Source: Acutalibacteraceae bacterium (GTDB lineage Bacteria > Bacillota > Clostridia > Oscillospirales > Acutalibacteraceae). From it: a DNA stretch of 64,000 nt. Each line of letters starts with the position of its first letter. Within the stretch, counting starts at the first letter, position 1. Below the pieces are notes generated by a model that saw only the letters and a list, made by a program, of their open reading frames with translations, did not search any database and was not told the DNA's origin. Location of the stretch: contig JAZNKN010000057.1 of the NCBI GenBank assembly GCA_045578625.1, positions 17 through 64,016 on the forward strand, given 5' to 3'. Made by a program: the position numbers and the translations under genes. Shown here one piece after another: positions 58,662 to 64,000 of the stretch.

Positions 58662-58663
58662 TC

Positions 58664-58750
58664 TGGTGCCGCTGACCGGGGTCGAACCGGTACGGTATTG
58701 CTACCGAGGGATTTTAAGTCCCTTGTGTCTGCCAATTCCACCACAGCGGC
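58664..58750 (-). tRNA. tRNA-Leu (anticodon UAA)
   Basis: The reverse complement is gccgctgtggtggaattggcagacacaagggacttaaaatccct…long variable arm…ggttcgaccccggtcagcggcacca. It has acceptor gccgctg/cagcggc, anticodon loop ctTAAaa and an encoded CCA. Confidence 0.9.
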
Positions 58751-58798
58751 ATATAAACGGGCAAAGCCCGTTATTTGTATTTTTCACCGATCGCCGTT

Positions 58799-60286
58799 TT
58801 ACGCGAAATACAAGCTCTTATCCGGAAATTCCGGCTCGCAGGTGATGTTCAGCCCCATCTTGCGCAGGGTGGATTCGTCACCGGAATGCAGCAGCTGCGT
58901 CGAATGCAGCTCGCAACCACGCAGCTTCGGGAGCTGTTCCACCGCGGCGGCCGCGGTCTCGTCGGAGGCGGCGCAGATATACAGTGCGGTCAACACGTCG
59001 TCGGCCTTCAGCACGCTGCTCTGGCTTTTCAGCAGATCCAGTTTCAGCTTCAGCACCGGCTCAAGCACCTGCGGACTCATCAGCAATACGCTTTTCGGAA
59101 TGTCGGCCAGCACCTTGATGGCGTTCAGCATCGCGCCGCTGCATGCGCTGAGCAGGCGGGTGGCCTTACCGGTGATAACGCGGCCATCGGGCAACTGGAT
59201 CGCCGCCGCGGGCGCGCCGTTGCAGGCTTCCTTCTTGGACAGCGCCGGCACAACGACAGCGCGATCCTCTTTTTTGAGGTTCATCTGCTGCATCAGCATA
59301 CTCAGCTTATCTACGGTCTCATGGCGCTCCTTGCCCTGCTTGAGGTCGCAGAGCCCCTTATAGTAACGGCGGATGATCTCCTGTTTGCCGGCTTCGCGGC
59401 AGACCTCGTCATCCACAATGGCGTAGCCCGCCATATTGACGCCCATATCGGTGGGGCTGCAATAGAAGCGGTCGTTGCCGGTGATGCGCGACAAAATGGT
59501 GCGCACGATGGGGAAGGCCTCCACGTCACGGTTATAGTTGACGGTGGTGACACCGTAGGCTTCCAGATGGAAGGGGTCGATCATGTTGACGTCCTGCAGG
59601 TCCGCGGTGGCGGCTTCGTACGCCAGATTGACCGGATGTTTGAGCGGCAGGTTCCAGATGGGGAAGGTCTCATACTTGCCGTAACCGGACAGTAGACCGC
59701 GGCGATGATCGTGGTACACCTGCGACAGGCAGGTGGCGAGCTTACCGCTGCCGGGACCGGGAGCGGTGAGGATGACCAGCGGCTTGGTGGTCTCAATATA
59801 TGCGTTGGAGCCGTAGCCCTCGTCGCTGACGATGTGATCCACGTTGGAGGGATAGCCCTCGATGGGACGGTGGATGTAATACTTGACGCCCCGTGCCTCC
59901 AGCTTGCGGACAAACGCGTCCGCCGCAGGCTGACCGCTGTACTGCGTGACAACCACGCTGTTGACCTCAATACCCATTTTGGTGATGACGTCGATCTGGC
60001 GGAGGAGGTCCATCTCATAGCTGATGCCGAGGTCGGCGCGGATCTTAGTCTTTTCGATGTTGCCGGCGCTGATGCAGAACACGACCTCGGCCGTATCGCG
60101 CAGTTCATACAGCAGACGGATCTTGGCGTCGGGCTCAAAGCCCGGCAGCACGCGGGCGGCATGGTAATCGTCAAACAGTTTACCGCCGAACTCCAGATAC
60201 AGCTTGCCGTTGAATTGCGAGATGCGTTCCAAAATGTGTTCTTTCTGCTTTGCCATATACAAGGTATTGTCAAAGCCCTTTTTCAT
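58799..60286 (-). CDS. DUF1846 (UPF0371) family protein
   Basis: Begins MKKGFDNTLYMAKQKEHILERI…LYLEFGGKLFDDYHAARVLPGF. The track ORF is extended 23 codons upstream. Confidence 0.75.
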   Translation of the reverse strand: MKKGFDNTLYMAKQKEHILERISQFNGKLYLEFGGKLFDDYHAARVLPGFEPDAKIRLLYELRDTAEVVFCISAGNIEKTKIRADLGISYEMDLLRQIDVITKMGIEVNSVVVTQYSGQPAADAFVRKLEARGVKYYIHRPIEGYPSNVDHIVSDEGYGSNAYIETTKPLVILTAPGPGSGKLATCLSQVYHDHRRGLLSGYGKYETFPIWNLPLKHPVNLAYEAATADLQDVNMIDPFHLEAYGVTTVNYNRDVEAFPIVRTILSRITGNDRFYCSPTDMGVNMAGYAIVDDEVCREAGKQEIIRRYYKGLCDLKQGKERHETVDKLSMLMQQMNLKKEDRAVVVPALSKKEACNGAPAAAIQLPDGRVITGKATRLLSACSGAMLNAIKVLADIPKSVLLMSPQVLEPVLKLKLDLLKSQSSVLKADDVLTALYICAASDETAAAAVEQLPKLRGCELHSTQLLHSGDESTLRKMGLNITCEPEFPDKSLYFA

Positions 60287-60477
60287 ACGATACACCATCC
60301 TCGCCCACCAAAACAATCTACTGTATAGCATACCAAAAAAGAATTGGCTTTTCAAGTGGCAAATATATTTTCTGTTTATATTTTTGCAGCATAAGTGGGA
60401 CTTTCCTCTTTTCTTTTATAGGAAAGTATGGTACAATGTCACCGAAAGAATACGGTCGGAAAGGGTCGGAGGATATT

Positions 60478-61965
60478 ATGCACGTAGAATGGAAGAAATT
60501 TAAGAGTGGTACCGACGTACGCGCCGTCGCGCTCGACGGCGTACCCGGTCAACCGTGTGAGTTGACCGATGCGGTCGTTACCGGTATCGTGCAGGCATTC
60601 GTCTGCTGGTTGTCCGAAAAGGCGGACAAGCCCGCCGATACGCTGACAGTGGCGGTCGGTCGGGACAGCCGCCTGTCGGGTCCGCGTATTCGGGATGCGG
60701 TCGCCGCGGCACTTAAGACCGCCGGTGTGCGCGTGCTGGATTGCGGTTTGGCCTCGACGCCCGCGATGTTTATGACCACCGTGGATCTTGCGTGTGACGG
60801 CGCGGTGCAGATCACCGCCAGCCATCATCCATGGAACCGCAACGGTCTAAAATTTTTTCTGCCCTCCGGCGGCATCGAGGGCAGCGACCTCAGCGAGATC
60901 CTGGCACTGGCTGAACAGGGCGCTGCCGCACCGGCCGCCGACGGTACGGTAACGGAAGTACCGTATATGGCGCAGTACGCCGCCCGCCTCCGTCAGCTTA
61001 TCGCGGACGGTGTGGGCGCCGGCGAGCAGCCGCTTGCAGGAATGCACATCGTGGTGGATGCCGGCAACGGTGCGGGTGGTTTCTATGCCACCGAGGTGCT
61101 GCAGCCGCTTGGCGCGGACGTATCCGGCAGCCAGTTTCTTGAGCCGGACGGTCGCTTCCCGAACCACATCCCCAATCCGGAAAACGCCGAAGCGATGGCC
61201 TCGGTGTGTGCGGCGGTGACGAGTGCCGGTGCGGATCTGGGCGTGATCTTTGATACCGACGTTGACCGTGCCGGCTGTGTCGGTCCGGACGGCCGCGAGA
61301 TCAACCGCAACCGTCTGGTGGCACTGGCTGCCGCTATCGCACTGGAGGGAAATGACGGCGGCACCATCGTGACCGACTCCATCACCTCCGACGGCCTCAA
61401 GCAGTTTATCGAGCAGACGCTTGGCGGCGTTCATTGCCGCTTCAAGCGTGGCTACAAGAACGTCATCAATGAATCGCTCCGCTTGAACCGCGAGGGGATC
61501 AATTCGCCGCTGGCGATCGAGACCTCGGGTCACGCTGCGCTGAGGGACAACTATTTTCTGGATGACGGGGCCTATCTGGTGACCCGCATCATTATGAAGG
61601 CGGTACAGCTGCGCGCGCAGGGCAAAACGCTGGATGACCTCATCGCCGCGTTGCCCGAGCCGGCTGAGGGCCGCGAGCTGCGCTTCAACATCACCGAGCC
61701 GGCGTTCCGTGCCTACGGTGAGCAGGTATTAGCCGAGCTGGAGGCCTATGCGATGGCAAACGGCTGGCAGGTAGCGGACGACAGCCGCGAGGGCGTGCGC
61801 GTGTCGTTCGGCGCGGGCGAGGGGGACGGTTGGTTCCTGCTTCGTCTGAGCGTGCATGATCCGGTCATGCCGCTGAACGTGGAGAGCAATGTCATCGGCG
61901 GCTGCGAGATCATCCTGTCCAAGCTGCTGCCGTTTATTGAGAGTAAATCCGGATTGCGGAGGTAA
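60478..61965 (+). CDS. Phosphoglucomutase/phosphomannomutase family protein
   Basis: Phosphoserine loop ITASHHPWNRNG and Mg site FDTDVDR. The ATG at 60478 follows GGAGG and an extended -10 (TGGTACAAT). Confidence 0.85.
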   Translation: MHVEWKKFKSGTDVRAVALDGVPGQPCELTDAVVTGIVQAFVCWLSEKADKPADTLTVAVGRDSRLSGPRIRDAVAAALKTAGVRVLDCGLASTPAMFMTTVDLACDGAVQITASHHPWNRNGLKFFLPSGGIEGSDLSEILALAEQGAAAPAADGTVTEVPYMAQYAARLRQLIADGVGAGEQPLAGMHIVVDAGNGAGGFYATEVLQPLGADVSGSQFLEPDGRFPNHIPNPENAEAMASVCAAVTSAGADLGVIFDTDVDRAGCVGPDGREINRNRLVALAAAIALEGNDGGTIVTDSITSDGLKQFIEQTLGGVHCRFKRGYKNVINESLRLNREGINSPLAIETSGHAALRDNYFLDDGAYLVTRIIMKAVQLRAQGKTLDDLIAALPEPAEGRELRFNITEPAFRAYGEQVLAELEAYAMANGWQVADDSREGVRVSFGAGEGDGWFLLRLSVHDPVMPLNVESNVIGGCEIILSKLLPFIESKSGLRR

Positions 61966-61970
61966 GGAAG

Positions 61971-62900
61971 ATGTCAATGGATTGGACCGAGGTACAGATC
62001 CGTGTGGCGACGGCAGACACCGACCGTGCCTCTGCGATCGCCAACATGGCCGTGCCGTACGGCATTTACGTGGAGGATTACAGCGATCTGGAGCAGGGTG
62101 CGCGGGAGATCGCGCACATTGACCTCATTGACGAGGATTTGTTGAAGCGCGATCGTACGCAGAGCATCATTCACATTTATCTGGAGCCGCAGGAAAACCC
62201 CACCGAGACGGTGGCGTTTCTGCGCGAGCGTCTGTCGGCTTGCGGTATCGCCAGTGAGGTGGATACCAAGACGGTCAGCGAGCAGGATTGGGCCAACAAC
62301 TGGAAGCAATATTTCAAGCCGCTGTCGGTCGGTAAGCGCTTGCTGATCTGCCCTACGTGGGAGACGGCGAACAACCCCGAAGGACGCCTGCTGCTGTCCA
62401 TCGACCCCGGTATGGCGTTCGGCACCGGTGGTCACGATACCACGCGGATGGTGCTGGAAGCGGTGGAAACGTACATCACGCCCGAGACCGACGTACTGGA
62501 CGTCGGCTGTGGCAGCGGTATTTTGTCCATTGCCTCGCTGCTGCTCGGTGCGCGCTCGGCGGTGGGCGTGGATATCGACGCGCTCGCGGTCAAGATGGCG
62601 TTGGAGAACGGTGAGGTCAACGGCTTTACCGCACCGCGGTACAGCATCCGTCAGGGCGACTTGGTGGAGCGGATCACGGGTCGGTATCAGGTCATTCTCG
62701 CCAACATCGTGGCGGATGCCATCCTCAAACTATCACCGACGATCCCCGCGTTCCTGCAGCCGGGCGGTGTGTACATCGTCTCCGGTATCATTGAGGAGCG
62801 CGGTGCCGAGGTAGAGGCGGGGCTGACCGCCTGCGGTTTTACGGTGCTTGAACGGCGGACACACGGCGGTTGGTGTTGCTTCGTGTGCGGAAAGGATTGA
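61971..62900 (+). CDS. prmA: Ribosomal protein L11 methyltransferase
   Basis: SAM motif DVGCGSGILS, plus AFGTGGHDTT. Confidence 0.9.
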   Translation: MSMDWTEVQIRVATADTDRASAIANMAVPYGIYVEDYSDLEQGAREIAHIDLIDEDLLKRDRTQSIIHIYLEPQENPTETVAFLRERLSACGIASEVDTKTVSEQDWANNWKQYFKPLSVGKRLLICPTWETANNPEGRLLLSIDPGMAFGTGGHDTTRMVLEAVETYITPETDVLDVGCGSGILSIASLLLGARSAVGVDIDALAVKMALENGEVNGFTAPRYSIRQGDLVERITGRYQVILANIVADAILKLSPTIPAFLQPGGVYIVSGIIEERGAEVEAGLTACGFTVLERRTHGGWCCFVCGKD

Positions 62901-62904
62901 CGCT

Positions 62905-63627
62905 ATGTCACGCTTTTTTGTAGCGCCCTTTACCGGTGACATCGCGGTGCTGACGGGTCAGGAGGCCCATCACATCGCGCGTGTGCTGCGGATGCGCGTG
63001 GGCGAGGACCTGATGCTCTGTGACGGCCACGGCACCGACTATGCCTGCCGCATTCTGTCGGTGAGCGAGGGGGAGGTGCAGGCTCAGGTGCTGTACCGCG
63101 CCCCGACCGAGAGCGAGCCGACGGCGGCGGTCACGCTGTATCAGGGCTTGCCCAAAAGTGAAAAAATGGATCTCATCGTGCAAAAATGCGTCGAGATCGG
63201 CATCACACGCATCGTTCCGGTGAGTATGGCGCGCAGCATCGTGCGGCTGAATGCCGCCGAGGGTGCCAAAAAGCAGGCGCGTTGGCAAAAGATCGCGGCC
63301 TCTGCCGCGGAGCAGAGCGGTCGCGGCATCGTCCCCGAGGTCGCCGAGCCGATCACCTTCAAGCAGCTGCTTGCCGCGGTGCAGCAGGAAAACACCGTCA
63401 CCTTTTACGAGGGCGGCGGTCGTCCATTGCCCGAGCTTGTGGATACACAGACGCAGCAGGTCTCGCTGGTCATCGGACCGGAGGGTGGCTTTGAGGTCGA
63501 AGAGATCGAGCGACTTAAGGAAGTTGGTGCGCAGATCGCGACGCTGGGTAAGCGCATTTTGCGGTGTGAGACCGCGCCGCTGGTGGCGCTGTCCGTCGTA
63601 ATGCAGTTGACCGGAAATATGAATTAA
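62905..63627 (+). CDS. rsmE: 16S rRNA (uracil1498-N3)-methyltransferase
   Basis: Begins MSRFFV…GQEAHHIARVLRMRVGE and has the C-terminal IGPEGGF…LG.RILR.ETA motif. Confidence 0.9.
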   Translation: MSRFFVAPFTGDIAVLTGQEAHHIARVLRMRVGEDLMLCDGHGTDYACRILSVSEGEVQAQVLYRAPTESEPTAAVTLYQGLPKSEKMDLIVQKCVEIGITRIVPVSMARSIVRLNAAEGAKKQARWQKIAASAAEQSGRGIVPEVAEPITFKQLLAAVQQENTVTFYEGGGRPLPELVDTQTQQVSLVIGPEGGFEVEEIERLKEVGAQIATLGKRILRCETAPLVALSVVMQLTGNMN

Positions 63628-63689
63628 CCGTTGCAAACCGGAAAAACTATGGTACAATAGAACTAATGTAACAAAAGGAGTTTTGAATT

Positions 63690-63887
63690 ATGCAGATCAC
63701 AAAAGAGACCCTCATCGGTGATATTCTGGATATCGACCGCACCACCGCACCCTATTTTCTGGAAATGGGTATGCACTGCCTCGGTTGCCCCTCGGCTCGC
63801 GGCGAAACGCTGGAGCAGGCGTGCGCCGTTCACGGTGTCAATGCGGACGAGCTGGTCGCCAAGATCAACGCCCATCTGAGCAAGTAA
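63690..63887 (+). CDS. DUF1858 domain protein (hybrid-cluster-protein-associated redox disulfide domain)
   Basis: 65 aa with ITKETLIGDIL and GMHCLGCPSARGETLEQA. Confidence 0.75.
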   Translation: MQITKETLIGDILDIDRTTAPYFLEMGMHCLGCPSARGETLEQACAVHGVNADELVAKINAHLSK

Positions 63888-63941
63888 CACAAACGACAAG
63901 GGCGGCTCGCGTTGCGGGCCGCCTGATTTATAGGAGAGCGT

Positions 63942-64000
63942 ATGCTGGATACCCGTTTACGCCTGGCTGCCGATCTGGTGCGGGAGGGCAGCCGTGTGGC
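63942..64000 (+). CDS. Probable tRNA (adenine22-N1)-methyltransferase TrmK, 5' fragment (runs off window)
   Basis: MLDTRLRLAADLVREGSRVA resembles TrmK N-termini. SD TAGGAGAG. Only 19 codons are visible. Confidence 0.4.
   Translation, partial: MLDTRLRLAADLVREGSRV

Overview
This is a visibly GC-rich chromosomal segment from a spore-forming Clostridia-type Firmicute. The gene content looks Oscillospiraceae/Ruminococcaceae-like, but that taxonomic call is inference only. Most of the window is tightly packed housekeeping: a gerA-type germinant receptor operon (5' truncated), addA-addB, a sortase locus, pyrR plus a uracil permease with a leader attenuator, deoB-cdd, a PdaA-like deacetylase, recD2, a two-component system, metY-metA, azlCD, ctsR-mcsA-mcsB-clpC with a double CtsR operator, RNase P RNA, fba, polA, tsaE-tsaB, upp, rpe, an Rnf-like cluster, alaX, putP, a DUF1846 gene, a phosphohexomutase, prmA-rsmE and the start of trmK. 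Many long antisense ORFs in the six-frame track are GC artefacts. I saw no integrase, transposase, cas gene or CRISPR array. Six things deserve a second look. (1) Two AT-rich two-gene islets each sit beside a minus-strand tRNA. One is Xre-HTH plus SLOG/DUF1273, bounded by a perfect 28-bp hairpin direct repeat next to tRNA-Gly. The other is a four-helix-bundle gene plus a GNAT gene with an 8-nt overlap next to tRNA-Leu. (2) A structured, ORF-free repeat family built from GTGAAAT words alternating with short palindromes occurs at both tRNA loci, contiguous at one and split around the GNAT islet at the other. (3) A 29-codon leader ORF with 7 Met codons, an SD and a downstream terminator lies in front of metY-metA, where an S-box or T-box would be expected. 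(4) Two tandem unannotated Cys-rich membrane micropeptide genes form their own transcription unit. (5) A four-gene Rnf-like cluster (C-D-E-A) lacks rnfG and rnfB and has lost the conserved Fe-S cysteines of RnfA/RnfE. (6) A sortase is paired with a candidate substrate that lacks LPXTG. Functional calls come from motif recognition by eye. No database search was run.
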